Positions 15,534 through 29,434 are shown, counted from the first letter of the stretch. The stretch: DNA of 64,000 bases from Eledone cirrhosa (GCA_964016885.1 OZ024741.1:198152001-198216000), one strand, 5' to 3'. Made by a program: numbers and translations. The notes: a model not told the origin generated them from the sequence alone.

Positions 15534-15913
15534 GCTTCCCCTGCTCTCTGCTGGAATTTGGAACAGGCGAAAGTATATAGTTGTTTCGCCTATAGAGATG
15601 GGCTGATTTGCTTCATTTGCATATGGAGCTGTACAAGCCGGCATAGCTTGAAAGTAGAAATAAAAATTTTGCTCCGACATGTAAATATATATAGTTGTGG
15701 ATTATGGGATACTATCCGAAGGAGTGCCCAGGTGGGAGTTCACGTAGAGTCAGTGTAAATCCAATTCCATAATGAAGATCTAAGGTAGGAATCCAACGGA
15801 TTTGAGGTGTCTACATAAACTTTAATTTATATGTATGTGAATAGTAAACGGAAAGATCACAACAGGCGACAGTGAAGATATATATTAGTTTCACGCTTAA
15901 TATAGTAATAAAA

Positions 15914-15950
15914 GTCATGACGTTTCAGACACTAGTTTTTCATCAGAAAA
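15914..15950 (-). ncRNA. Degenerate minimal hammerhead (family of 52105-52140)
   Basis: CTGATGA-aaaactagtgtct-GAAAC-GTC with decayed stems. The flank resembles 52105-52160. Confidence 0.45.
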
Positions 15951-16070
15951 TAGAATGAGAAATTAAGAAGAAATAGAATGATAGAGAAGGGTGAGCAGGG
16001 ACAGAAATGAAAAACATTTCTTCAAAAAAAAGTAGCTCTGTTCATTTCGCCACCTCTTTCCAACAGATTT

Positions 16071-16165
<95 letters not shown>

Positions 16166-16260
16166 TCTTCACTTTCCCCCTCTCTCTCATTCTCTCTCTG
16201 TGTCTCCCTCTCTCTCTCTCTACCTCCCACATACACCATACACGCATACATGCAGGCATG

Positions 16261-16370
<110 letters not shown>

Positions 16371-16486
16371 GTATGATAGAATGAACTTTCATTTTAAAAT
16401 GTTTACATATCTCTGTATCCTCTCTGCATCTCCCCATGCAGTGAATATTCCCAGGATTTGTGATCTCCCCGGTCTCAGCACCGCAG

Positions 16487-16578
<92 letters not shown>

Positions 16579-16581
<3 letters not shown>

Positions 16582-18128
16582 TAATCTATAAAGCTCAGTG
16601 TATGGTCATGTTTCTTTGTTATAGAAATCTACGATATAGAATTTCTTCAATTGAAATCTACAATTCAGTATTCGAAATAGCTTCAATTGGGTCATGGCAC
16701 ATATATTTTTTTCAATTTCACCCACAATTACGCAAAAAATTGATAAAACTCAATATTTTACGATTTCCCTCTCTCATTTCAACTGGTTTTGTCCCTCTTT
16801 CAATTATCCTTCAAAATCTATACAACTTCATACTCTCTGCTACTTTCTTTTTCCAAGCTGAAACAACACATAAAATGAAACTAAATTATTCTTTTCATTT
16901 TACATTGTTCATGTTGATGGTAATACTATCCGTTTTACTCTCTCATATCATCTGCCACCTCTATCTACAACCCACACATTTTACTACTTTCTCTGTTATA
17001 CTAAATTTGGTTTATTCACCGTTAGCAGCTACGCGCATCTTTTAAAAATGTGAGTTACAATGTTTTTCAATCGTTCCTCGGTCTAAAGCAATTAAACAAC
17101 GTGCGGGATTTATAACCACAAATACACACTTCATTAAAAAATAAACTAATAATTTGCGACAATTCTTTTCTTTAAATCGTAAAATTAAACGACATAATTA
17201 TTTTCATTTTCGGCTGTTAATTTTCATGGGGATACTAAAACCCTTACATTTCAACTCATACACTTTACAGACTAAACAACAAAAACATTAGCCACATTAA
17301 CGTACAATTTCGTGTATTCTAAATGTGAGTCTTCAAACTGATTTATTTATTTGCAAACACATACAAACACACACTCACATCAAATGAATAATTAAACTTT
17401 ATATCAATTTAACCTCGTGCCGGATTTCTAACCACACATACACACTTCATTAACAAATAAAAATTCTAATTTGCGACAATTATTTTCTTTCAATCGTAAA
17501 ATCAAACGACATAATTATTTTCATTTTCGGTTGTTAATCTTCATGGCGATAATACTACCCTTCCATTTCACATCATGTGAGTTAACAAATAATTTTTTAA
17601 AACACTATTCGCAGACTTCCTTAAACAACAAGATCAATTGTGTAGCCGGTATTCATTATGTAGCCGGTAAAGCTATGTAGCAGGTAAAAGGCTATGTAGC
17701 CAGTACGATGTTATATAGCATGAAAAGTTTATATAACCGGTAAATGTTATGTCGCCGTTAGCATATGTGTGTGTGTGTGTGTGTGTGTGTATTACCGTCA
17801 ATACACACGTGTGTGTGTGCATGTTTCAATGTAGTTTTCGTTAACAATGACGAGAGTACAATCGCGCCAGAAACAATTCAATTACTCATTCTTAACTGCT
17901 AGGGACGTTCACAGGTTCATTAAGTACTTTCAGTAAGGAATAAAAAAAATTAGGGATTCATTCTACGAGGGGGTAGGAACCCCTTTACAGGGCTTTCTAT
18001 ACACTTACAAATAAATTCATTCGGCGTAAACTTATATCAATCTTTGCCTGAATAATCATAATTCAGTGCAATCATTAACAGTACTTTCAAGCAATTCAGC
18101 CCCGAGCAACGGCGGGCACTTCTGGTAG
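16579..18128 (+). mobile_element. Non-autonomous Helitron-like element
   Basis: Starts TC after (TA)n. Ends with a cccgagcaacggcggg hairpin and …ctggtag|t (variant of CTAG). It has an internal duplication (about 17100-17260 and 17418-17575) and short tatgtagccggta-like repeats. Confidence 0.65.
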
Positions 18129-18181
<53 letters not shown>

Positions 18182-18591
18182 CGTCGTCTCTATATATTCC
18201 ATTCCGCCGCCGATCCCGGGATCTCCTCCGCTAGCCTTTGGAGGAGATAGATTCCCACCAGGTCCGTCACCTGTGCGGAGTCATTCGACCCCATCGTAAT
18301 ATCGAAACTATCGGGTCTGTCCCTCCTTTCTATATTCATTTTAGTATGTATATATATATATATATATTTCGTTTCTGAATTTGTTTAGCAAGATTCTTTA
18401 TCTGAAATCGTGTGTTGAAACCGATATTGTTATACTTTGGGAGGGTCATGTTGCCAATAAGAAACACACGCACCAGTTGCTTTCACTTCAATTTATTATA
18501 TATTTATAAATTTATAAATTTACAAATCTACAAACTTATAAATTTCTGGTTGGTTGGTTGGTTCCACAACCAGATAGTTGTTTATATATAT

Positions 18592-18636
18592 AGTCATAGT
18601 CCTTTCGTCACACACTCTGTGACCTCTTCAGTGACT
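18592..18636 (-). ncRNA. Minimal type I hammerhead motif (mirror copy)
   Basis: Reverse complement of 18776-18820. Confidence 0.7.
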
Positions 18637-18775
18637 GGGGATTCCTTTCTTCGTTTCTGTGCCTTTTCTTTCTTCTATCCTACGCCATTTTGTTTCTGTG
18701 TGTGTCACACACACAGAAACAAAATGGCGTAGGATAGAAGAAAGAAAAGGCACAGAAACGAAGAAAGGAATCCCC

Positions 18776-18820
18776 AGTCACTGAAGAGGTCACAGAGTGT
18801 GTGACGAAAGGACTATGACT
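18776..18820 (+). ncRNA. Minimal type I hammerhead motif
   Basis: agtca-CTGAAGA-g-gtcaca/tgtgac-GAAA-ggac-TA-tgact. Confidence 0.7.
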
Positions 18821-19251
18821 ATATATATAAACAACTATCTGGTTGTGGAACCAACCAACCAACCAGAAATGTATAAGTTTGTAGATTTGTAAATTTATAA
18901 ATTTATAAATATATAATAAATTGAAGTGAAAGCAACTGGTGCGTGTGTTTCTTATTGGCAACATGACCCTCCCAAAGTATAACAATATATATATATATAT
19001 ATATACTAGAATGAATAAAGATGTCGTGTCTGAGAAAATTACAGACAGGCGCCTTATCGCCTTCAAAGAAAGATTCAAAGAAATAATTTCGAGCTCTTAT
19101 AAATTCAAAAACGAATGACATATATCTAAAAATATATCAAACATTAACAGGAGATAATTTGCTAAGAATGTAAGAAAATATAATTTCAAATGAGCAATAT
19201 ATTGAAATTTTAAAATATTAAACGCAAATACCTGACATTCATTAACTATTT

Positions 19252-20190
19252 TTACTTTCTAGTACATATTCTATTGAGGGACCATACGTGGCTCGCGAGT
19301 TTCGTGGATGATCGTTTGTCCGGGTACCTAAAGATCGACTGATGGTTCAGGAAGCGATCCTTAAATCGGCCCTCCGCTATACCCACATATGATTTGACCT
19401 CTTGTGATTGATTTGGTCGGTTGGAAGTGACCATAGCTTCATAAACTACAGCGGGTGTGTTGCATTGCTGTTGAAGGGGACAAGCTTCAGGCTTTCGGCA
19501 AGAGCACCCTGGTGGGGTGCTGCTCTTAGGGCTGTTGGTGATGTGGGTCTTCATATTCTTAGCACAAGAGTACCCTTGTTTTAAGGAACGTTTCCTGAAC
19601 CATCAGTCGACCTTTAGGAACCAGGAATTACGATCATCCACGAAACTCGCGAGCCACGTATGGTCCCTCAAGGACTCAAGTATAGACTACTCCATTCAAT
19701 AGAAAGCCATCACTAAGTCCAAGCCATACGCAAGGGACAATCTGTCTTGTGGACTGTGTATTGATGAACGGATAAATATTGTAAGGATATTACGCAATAG
19801 CGATTGCCTAAATTCAAGAAATGAAATTTTCACACGTTGTCCATATGTCTGGAAACACCTCTCACATAACTACAAAGCTCCGGATCGAATAACAACAACA
19901 TTATAATTTTCTTATCAGCTTGAACTACTTTTCGGACTTTCGCAGTTATCTCCCTTACACCTTTCGCCCGTGGCATTGTATCACTTGGGTGAAGTGACCG
20001 TTTCTGCGCATGCGCGTTCATACGGTTCTTCCTATTCCATATAATCATGACTAGTCCGAGCTGAGGATCCGCTAAGGTGAAACAATTGTTGTCGGTATGG
20101 TGAACTAACTGTTGTGTTACCACTTCTACCTAACTCGTCCCATGGACTGAGTGCTCTACCACTACGGACATTACCTTCCAGTGTTCTACC
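19252..20190. mobile_element. Penelope-like 3' fragment with an internal inversion (GIY-YIG pieces on both strands) and an HHR
   Basis: Minus ORF CSCRKPEACPL…VVYEA…YVGIAEGRFKDRFLNHQS; plus-strand copy FKERFLNHQSTF…KLASHVWSL; HHR at 20056-20095. Confidence 0.8.
20056..20095 (+). ncRNA. Minimal type I hammerhead motif
   Basis: ccgag-CTGAGGA-tccgctaaggt-GAAAC-aatt-GTT-gtcgg. A partial family copy at about 47975-48035 (minus) has ctcgg, which restores stem I. Confidence 0.7.
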
Positions 20191-20281
<91 letters not shown>

Positions 20282-21361
20282 ATGTGTGTGCATGTACATG
20301 TGTATATATATATAGATTTATATATATATGTGTTTTCAACTTGTACAAAAATCCCTAGGGATCGAATTGACATTGTATATATATATATATACATATATAT
20401 ATAAATATATAAATACATATATGTATATATATATATATATATGTATGTATATGTATGTGTATATATATATGTGTGTGTATGTACGCATATGTGTGTGTGT
20501 GCCCATGCGTGCGTGTTTATGTGTGCATGTAAGGGTATATTTGTGTGTATATGGGCGTGTGTATGTATGTCTATATATATATATAGACATATTGTAGGCC
20601 TATGTATCTACGCGTGTGTGTGTACGTGTGTATCTATATTTGTGTGTGTATACGCGAGTGTGTGTGTGTGTGTATGTATATGTATGTATATGTATGTATA
20701 TGCATGTTTGTGTGTATATATATATTCACATATACATATACTCATATGTGTGTATGTGTGTATGTGTATGTATATATACATGTATAAGGGTGTACACGGG
20801 TACTAGCGTGGGAGTATGTATTTGTGGGCGCCTGCCTGTATGTGTGTATGTATATGTGCGTGCATGCGTACATGTGTGTGTATATATACATGTATGCAAC
20901 GGTGTGTATCTGTATGCGTGTATGTGTGTCCATATGTGCGTACATGTATGTATATGTACATGTATACAAGCACACATATATATGTATACATTTGTGTGCG
21001 TGTGTGCGTGTGTGCGTGTGTGCGTGTATATTTTGTACATGTGCGTGCGTGTATGGGCGTGTATCTATGTATGTACGCATGCATATATATATGTGTGTGT
21101 CTGTGTATGAGCCGACATGAAATATGGCAGATACTTTTACACGCCTCTGCCCACATAGTAGTAGTTTACTCACCAAATTCGAGAGATGGACAGGTTACGC
21201 GTGAATGAATACAGCCAATGGTCGCATTTGACTGGTCAAGGGACGAAGTGACGCCTCAAATTATTAGCCAATGTGTAGGCCGCATAAACAAGATGATGTC
21301 AAGGGATGGGTATGAAAAGGACTGAATATTGTCAGTTGGAAAAAATGCCTTGAAAACGATA

Positions 21362-21456
21362 AACGTATCTGAGGACCTTGCAAATGCAGAGTCAGGTTCG
21401 ATCTATAATAGATCCTTACCTTGAGCTGATCGTCGTAGAAACATATGTAATATGTT
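21362..21456 (+). ncRNA. Type I hammerhead motif with long stem II
   Basis: aacgtat-CTGAGGA-(about 62 nt)-GAAAC-atat-GTA-atatgtt. Palindromic loop III. Confidence 0.6.
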
Positions 21457-21576
21457 AATAAATTGTGTTTTAATGCATCACTGATTCCTCGTTATCTATA
21501 ATAATATACTCTGCTCCGCGGGAACATTGAGTGCTCAAACGGCGTACCACCTACGGAACGCATTTATTGCAACTTT

Positions 21577-21619
<43 letters not shown>

Positions 21620-21667
21620 CAACTTCACCACTAATTGATTTGACAGATGTCTTGTGTGTATGCGTAA

Positions 21668-21705
<38 letters not shown>

Positions 21706-21708
<3 letters not shown>

Positions 21709-24700
21709 AACTATGCCTGTAAATAATATTCTTCTTTCTTTCCCATTACCTTATCATGTTCCACATCACCCTTTTTTTTCTTTTTTTCTTTTTACTTCAA
21801 AAACCTTGTTTGTAAATAATATTATTCTTTCTTTCCCATTTCCTTAACATGTTCAACATCACATTACTTTCTCTCCAACATTTTATACCAATACAAATTC
21901 CCCCTTTGATAATGCATAAAATGCTGAAACCGGTAATAAACAATTATTAAATATATAAATAAATGCCATTGTTAATTAATTAATAAATTAACTAATACCT
22001 TAACACTTCACACAAAGTTAAATATTTTGTTTTAAACATTTTCTAACCCAGAAAAAAGAGAAAAAATAAAAGGAAAAAAAAAAATTTTTCTTCCTAATAA
22101 TCGTCTTTTTCTCCCTATTTTCATATATATATATTCCAACTCGTGTGCTCCTTCTCCATATTTTATAATTATTATTTACCCCCACACGAGATACAGAAAA
22201 TGCCAACTAAAACAAAAACAGACTCTACTCTCATTAACATCAATCAAGAGATACTCCAAGAACTACAAAAAATAAACTCTAATTTGTCAATACTCACCAA
22301 CAAACTTAATTCTACAAGTGAAGAAACAATCCCAAAATACACATCCTATGAAATCAACGACAATATCAACAACTTATGTGAAACAATAAAAACACATCTG
22401 AATAACAACACCAATCCTATTCAAGCAAACGTAAAAACACATGACACTAATACACTTACAACTTACGAAGTAAAAAACAAATTAATACCACAATGGTACA
22501 CATCTCTTAAAAACAGGAAATTCTCCTTTTGGAAGATGATACAAAATAATAACAAAGCGGAGATCTATGAAAAATGGATTCATTCATCCCCATTAATCCT
22601 TCCCCGCAAACTAAATCCATCCCAAACGAACCCGAGACACAAAGACGCCTCAGGGAAAGAATGGCACTTGATAACATAAAAACCGAAATTGAACTCCTTA
22701 AATTGAGAGCCCAAGCAAATGAAGATAGGATCAAATCAATCGACGATGAGATTAATCAAGCAATCATCAATAAAACCAAAGACACCACCCTAGAAAATAT
22801 TTCAAAACTAACTATGGTTAGAGGACTGTAATAAGGAAGAATTAAAATCTCTTCAACGCTTGGAAATAAACGAAACCTGGTTCTCTAACTATGAAACACT
22901 TTTCCAAAAAGAACACACACCCAAGAACCCCTTCATTAAAACCAAAATAACAAGAAAACCCAATCACCACCCAAACACTACACAACAACCAACAACAACA
23001 AAAAACAATACCTCCCCACATACCAAAAAAAGAGGGATCTCCTCGCCCCTACCTCCTACACCCACCACATAGCTACCACACGGATTCCCAAGCAACAAAT
23101 ATAGTAATAGAGAAACATCAGCTACAAGATAGCCACTACAACTTCTCTCCCACCAGGAGAAACCATAGAAACCCCCACACTTACAACCCCCCCTAACATC
23201 CCCACAAACCCACAACCATCATTACTTCCAACATAGAACCCAAAATACACAACTACCACACATGCCACATAGGGCCTCACAACCACACACCAACTATAAG
23301 GAAACCCTAATCTACCCTCCTCCACTAACCACATCCTACTACAACAACACCAAAGGGGACAATACAACCACACGAGACACCCTAACCACTACAACCAGCA
23401 TAACTACACACCATACAACAACAACAACAGCAGGACTCAATATAACCACACAAGACAACCCTACTACAACTACCACCAAGTCTACACACCCTACAACAGC
23501 AGGGCTCAACACAACCATACGATACAAACTAACTTCAACAACCACCACAACTACACACCCTATAACCACGTCCATCAAATCTACACACCCTACAACAACA
23601 GCAGGGCTCAATACAACCACACGATACAACCTAACTTCAACAACCACCACAGTTACACACCCTCTAACAACAACAGCAGGGGGCCAATACAACCATAAGA
23701 GACATCCAAACTTCAACAACCACCACAACTTCCGGAGTCATTTTTCAGACACAGGGTAACAAGATAACACAAAACACACAGGAGACACAAAATGTAATAA
23801 AAATCGTTAATTTAACCTCTAAAGAATTAACAACAGACCAAATCAAAATACTCTCCAAAGGTCTGACATTTACACCAACTCCCCAACAACCAAACTGCCC
23901 CGAAATGAAGGAAGACTCAGCGAGCAACTATACGACAAATCCAATGAGGATGACTCAATAGCCAGAAATAGAAGTAACTATACCCCACCAAAAGGCAAGA
24001 ACAAATTCCTCGATCAATTCTACGAACACATTACTAATTACCCATACCACCGCCTACACAGAGATAAACAAAAACCAAACCTAAGCAAAAAAAAATGGAA
24101 TGGTCTTAACAGTCTAAAGAACGACAAAACCCTAACAATCAAGGAGGCGGATAAAGGGAGTGCAGTAGTCCTTATGAGGACAGATTACTACACAACTCTA
24201 GTACTCTCAACTCTAGAAAACCAAACATATTACGAAAAGGCCCAACACTACACACAACAGAAAATAATGAGAAACCTAAAATCCCTAACAACCCTTTACA
24301 AAGAAGGCCTTACCGACAAGGAATACAACTACATCACCAATTTCAAAAGCAGAACCAGTCTTTTCTATGGTATCCCAAAGACGCACAAAAGCGAAGTAAT
24401 AGGCAAGGCCTGCAAGTAAGCTACAGACATTTACATCAATATACCCCCTCCTGATGACCTTAAATTAAGACCCATAATAGCAGGTACCACATGTGAAACC
24501 CACCGCCTAAGCAACTTCCTAGATATTCTGCTTAAATCTTTCCTAAAACACATAAAAAGCTTTATAAGGGACGACCTTGACATGCTCAACCACCTCCCAA
24601 CAACACTTAATAATGAACATACACTACTAGTAACCTTTGATGTCATCAATCTATATTCCAATATCCCACACAACCTAGGTAGAGAGGCAATACAATTCTG

Positions 24701-26535
24701 GCTTGAAAATTTCCCTAGTGAACTTCCACAGCGCATCCCTAAATAATTTGTGTTGGAGGGGGTCAAATTCATCTTGGAAAACAACTTCTTCGAATTCGAT
24801 GCCAAATACTACAGACAGAAATCTGGGACTGCCATGGGCACGAAAGAAGCCCCCTCATACGCCAACCTTGTCATGGGATATTTGGAAACCACTCTCAACC
24901 GCAAAGTCCTAGACAAATACGGTAACCACTTCTACCTACACATAGAAAAGATATCTGGACGACTGCTTCATCCTCTGGCATGAAAGTATAGAAAGACTGA
25001 GTTTTAAAACCTTCTAAATGGACTCAACACAAACTTACAATTTACAATGGAATACAGCCATGAACAACTCCCTTTCCTTGACATCCTCACCAAGAAAACA
25101 AACAACAAAATAGAAACAGACATATACTACAAACCCACAGACTCCAAACAATATCTTCCATTTAACTCGTGCCACCCTCGCCATACCAAAATGGCAATTC
25201 CTTATAACCTAGCCAGAAGGATCTGCACAATAGTTTCAGATAAATACACATGCTACACACGACTAGAAGAATTAAAGAACACACTTATCAGCAGAAAATA
25301 CCCACCATCCCTAATCAACAATGGATTCAAACGTACCCTAAAACTCAACATCTAGGAATTCAGACACCCCAAACCCAGGAATGAACCGCAACAGAAAACT
25401 CTACCATACATCTCCACACACAACCCCCTCAACAATGAGGCATTCAACACCATCCTCCAGAACATTCCTTTATTAAAAAGAGACCGAAGAATGAACAAAA
25501 TCCTCCAAACACACAACATCATGAAGAGCAAAAGACAACCTAAATCCATAAAAAACATCCTCACACAAGCCAAAATCCAACCAACCTTCACAATGAACCC
25601 TACAGTAAAAAAATGCAGAAGGCCCAACTGTGGTATATGCATAAATTTAATAGAAGGTTCAACATTCCATTTTAAACAAGGACAACATTTCACAGTTAAA
25701 TACAACTTTACATGTGCATCTGAAAACCTAATCTATGTTTTGACCTGCTCAGGTTGTCGACAGCACTACATAGGACAGACAAAAAAAAGCCTCCGACAAC
25801 GTATGACCGTCCATAGATCACTAATCAAAATACAGGAATACAGAAAGATTGCTTTTAGTGAACATATCGCTAATTGTACACCTAACCAACATCCAAACTT
25901 AAACATTTTTCCCCATTTACAAATTCATAGACAACACTTCTTTCATCCGTCGTACCAATAAGGAAACGTACTTCATTAACAAATTCCAACCTCTACTTAA
26001 TGGACTAAACCTCGGACTAAACTAATACTGGAACGAACAAGGAACCAAAGCCCGATCCCTATGTTCTCTAAAGAGTTACCTCCCTTACACCCTACCTAAT
26101 GCTTTTTCTTATATAAATGAATTACCCCCTCTCATTTCTCTCTCCCATACCTGACCACCCTGAATTGCCTCCCCCTGCATATTAACTCTCTAAAAAGGGA
26201 AATCATATCAAACCCCAGACTATTATTTGCCTCCATTATGGACCAACCAAGAGCTCTTGCCATAATAACACATTTTGAAGCGCTTAACCTCAAGGACTAT
26301 GCCTGTAAATAATATTATTCTTTCTTCCCCACTACATTATCATGTTCCACATCACCCTTTTTTTTTCTTTTTTTCTTTTTACTTCAAAAACCTTGTTTGT
26401 AAATAATATTATTATTTCTTTCCATTTCCTTAACATGTTACATTACTTTCTCTCCAGCATTTTATACCAATACAAATTCCCCGCTTTGATAATGCATAAA
26501 ATGCTGAAACCGGTAATAGACAATTATTAAATATA

Positions 26536-26566
<31 letters not shown>

Positions 26567-26727
26567 ATGCCATTGTTAATTAATAAATAAATTAATACCT
26601 TAACACTTCACACACAGTAAAATATTTTGTTTTAAACATTTTCTAACCCAGAAAAAAGAGAAAAAAATAAAAGAAAAATATATTTTTCTTCCTAATAATC
26701 GTCTTTTACTCCTTATTTTCATATATA
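21706..26727 (+). mobile_element. Near full-length Penelope-like retroelement (Neptune-like) with ~420-bp direct pseudo-LTRs
   Basis: Direct repeats 21706-22129 and 26292-26727; decayed RT and GIY-YIG coding region; flanked by (TA)n. Confidence 0.9.
22200..26000 (+). pseudogene. Penelope RT and GIY-YIG endonuclease pseudogene
   Basis: FYGIPKTHK, RPII, FDVINLYSNIPH, ILENNFFEF…YYRQKSGTAMGT…PSYANLVMG, LPFLDIL…YYKPTDS…SCHP, CRRPNCGIC…LIYVLTCSGC…YIGQT…R…H. Contains stops and frameshifts. Confidence 0.9.
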
Positions 26728-26745
26728 AACATATATATATATATA

Positions 26746-28304
26746 TTTCGTTTCTGAATTTATTTAGCAAGATTCTTTATCTGAAAACGTGTGTTGCAAC
26801 CGATATTGTTATGCTTTTGGAGGGTCATGTTGCCAATAAGAAACACACGCACCAGTTGCTTTCACTCCAATTTATTATAAATTAAAGAATTTATTAATTT
26901 CCTGTTGGTTGGTTGGTTCCACAACCGGACGGTTGTTCATATATTGTCAAAGTTCTTTCGTCACACATTCTGTGACCTCTTCAGTGACTACGGATTCTTT
27001 TCTTTGTTTTTGTGCCTCTCCTTTGTTCTGTCCTACGCCATCTTGTTTTTGTGTGTGTTGTGTGCTTAGTTTGCGCATGTGTTACATCCGGGTGTCTGTG
27101 TGTTTGAACATTTCGGGGGTCCGTATGGCTCTGGTCCACCCGTTCCATCTATCTGTGTTGGTTTTCTTGACCATTGAGGTAATGGTAGGTGATCTGCCTC
27201 TTGCTGGTCTTGTAGGGTACAGGTTGCTAAGGTCATATGTATCTAGATAATCATTACTATAGGTAAGTTTAAGTAGGAGTCCCAGCTCACTGGTATCAAT
27301 CCCACGGAACAAATTTTGGAATAGAATAGAAAGAACTAGGAATAAGGTTAATAGAATAAACTCATGGTATGATAGCAATAAATACCAGAGTGTAATGTTC
27401 ATCAATACAACCCCGAGAGATGAATTATCTTACAAATTTAGAAGGGCTCTAGATAAACATAAACTCAATATTAAGATAGTAGAAAGACCAGGTACCTCCA
27501 TAAAAACACTTATTAGCAATGCATAACCTTTTCAAAGACCTCCCTGTATAGATAAGACATGTATAATCTGTAAACTAAGCCCCCATATTAACTGTAAAAC
27601 TAGAAATGTAGTATATAGCAACAGATGTACTGAAGGGCAATGTAGAGATAAGAATATAGTGTACATAGGTGAGACAGCTCGTAGTATAGGAGAACGGATA
27701 AATGAACACTGGCGAGAGCTTCAAGATATAAAAGAATCATCTGTACTCCACGAACATGCTAAAATAGAACATAAGGGTAAATTAGAGAACATAGAAATAA
27801 AAATAGAATCTACACACAGAAAAGACGCAATGTTTAGTCAAATCACAGAGGCAATAAACATAAATGAACTCCAACCAAAATTAAATAGAAAACATGAATG
27901 GAATAGCAACATCACAACTTACAATTAAGGACAAAATGAAAACACACACACATAGAACAAACAACCAACTAGTAACATGTAAATAAACAAATAAATAAAC
28001 AAATATAAACACACACAGACATCCGGATGTAACACATGCGCAAACTAAGCACACAACACACACACAAACAAGATGGCGTAGGACAGAACAAAGGATAGGC
28101 ACAAAAACAAAGAAAAGAATCCGCAGTCACTGAAGAGGTCACAGAATGTGTGACGAAAGAACTTTGACAATATATGAACAACCGTCCGGTTGTGGAACCA
28201 ACCAACCGGAAATTTATAAATTCTTTAATTTATAAATTGGAGTGAAAGCAACCGGTGCGTGTGTTTCTTATTGGCAACATGACCCTCCCAAAGCATAACA
28301 ATAT
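26746..28304 (+). mobile_element. 5'-truncated Penelope-like element with inverted pLTRs around a GIY-YIG remnant
   Basis: Inverted repeats about 26803-27105 and 28007-28304; ORF 27659-27928 YIGETARSIGERINEH…HEH…EAININELQPKLN; HHRs at 26946-26988 (-) and 28126-28168 (+); same pLTR family as 18368-18988. Confidence 0.88.
28126..28168 (+). ncRNA. Minimal hammerhead motif (mirror copy at 26946-26988, minus strand)
   Basis: gtca-CTGAAGA-ggtcacagaatgtgtgac-GAAA-gaac-TT-tgac. Confidence 0.65.
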
Positions 28305-29007
28305 ATATATATATATATTAGAAAGTGAGGTTTTTTTTACAAAATGAAAAATAACCGAGGTGTCCTACACGAGTGAAAGTATAAAGAAAAAGAGATGAAA
28401 TCGAAAATGCAACTGAAGTCTTATTTTTTTTTAAACTATATATATTTATTTGGTTCCTTTACCGGTTTCGCAGTTCTTCTGCTTTTCAAAAGGTGAGTTG
28501 AGATGGAGGGTCTGTGGTTTTTCTCACATCTGGTTGGTCTCTGAATATTACTTGTTTTATATGGAAAAAGTGGCTCGAAATTCCAGGTTTTTCGAGAAGT
28601 AATTTGATTGGTTTGTCAATAATTATAATAAATTTCGCGCCAGTTCGCGTTACAATAGTTCTTCAAATAAGAGAGGGGGTTGTCACAGGTTGTTTTTTTC
28701 ATATATGAGTGTTTGAATTTCTTTTTACTTGAAAAAAGGAGGCTCACGAAGGCTTTTTTTTGGTTGGTTATAAATGAAATTTGGCTGTCACGTGAACAAG
28801 TTTTTATTACATTTTTGCGCCCTTATTTGGAAAACTATTCTGTAGTCTTTATAGTGAATGTTATGACAATGGAGAGATAGTGGTCAAGAGAAAAGGGATT
28901 GGGAGAAATGTTCTGGTTCAGTGAATATGGCCAGCTCGCCGGGGTGTCAGAGTTCAGATTTTCTATTGAGACTAAAGATATGTATGTTTATTTGTGTGCT
29001 TGTGTGT

Positions 29008-29086
<79 letters not shown>

Positions 29087-29338
29087 TATTGGAAGATGAT
29101 TCTATTAGTAGAGATGGGGGAGGGAGTTGTGTGTGTGTGTATATGGGTGTTATGTGTGTGTGTGCGAGTATGTTAAGATGGAGAGAATATATATTTTGTG
29201 TGTGTGTATATATATATGTGTGTGTAGGAAAGTGGTTCTATTAGTAGAAATGGGGAGGGAGTTGTAGGTGTGGGGGTTGTTATGTGTGTGTATGGGTGTT
29301 ATGTGTGTGGGAGTATGGTTAGCATGTTAAGATGAAGA

Positions 29339-29383
<45 letters not shown>

Positions 29384-29386
<3 letters not shown>

Positions 29387-29434
29387 TTCTACAGGACCAG
29401 AACTGTTTCACTCTCCAGAAATCATCAGGAATCT
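29384..29434 (-). ncRNA. Type I hammerhead ribozyme
   Basis: agattc-CTGATGA-tttctggagagt-GAAAC-agttctggtcct-GTA-gaatct. Stem I is a perfect 6 bp. Confidence 0.85.

Larger units (their letters stand above)
18368..18988. mobile_element. Inverted (foldback) PLE pLTR pair forming a 565-bp palindrome, plus a 56-bp tail
   Basis: Arms 18424-18705 and 18707-18988 are centred on a single C at 18706, with one mismatch seen. Each arm carries an HHR, and the element is flanked by (TA)n. Confidence 0.9.
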
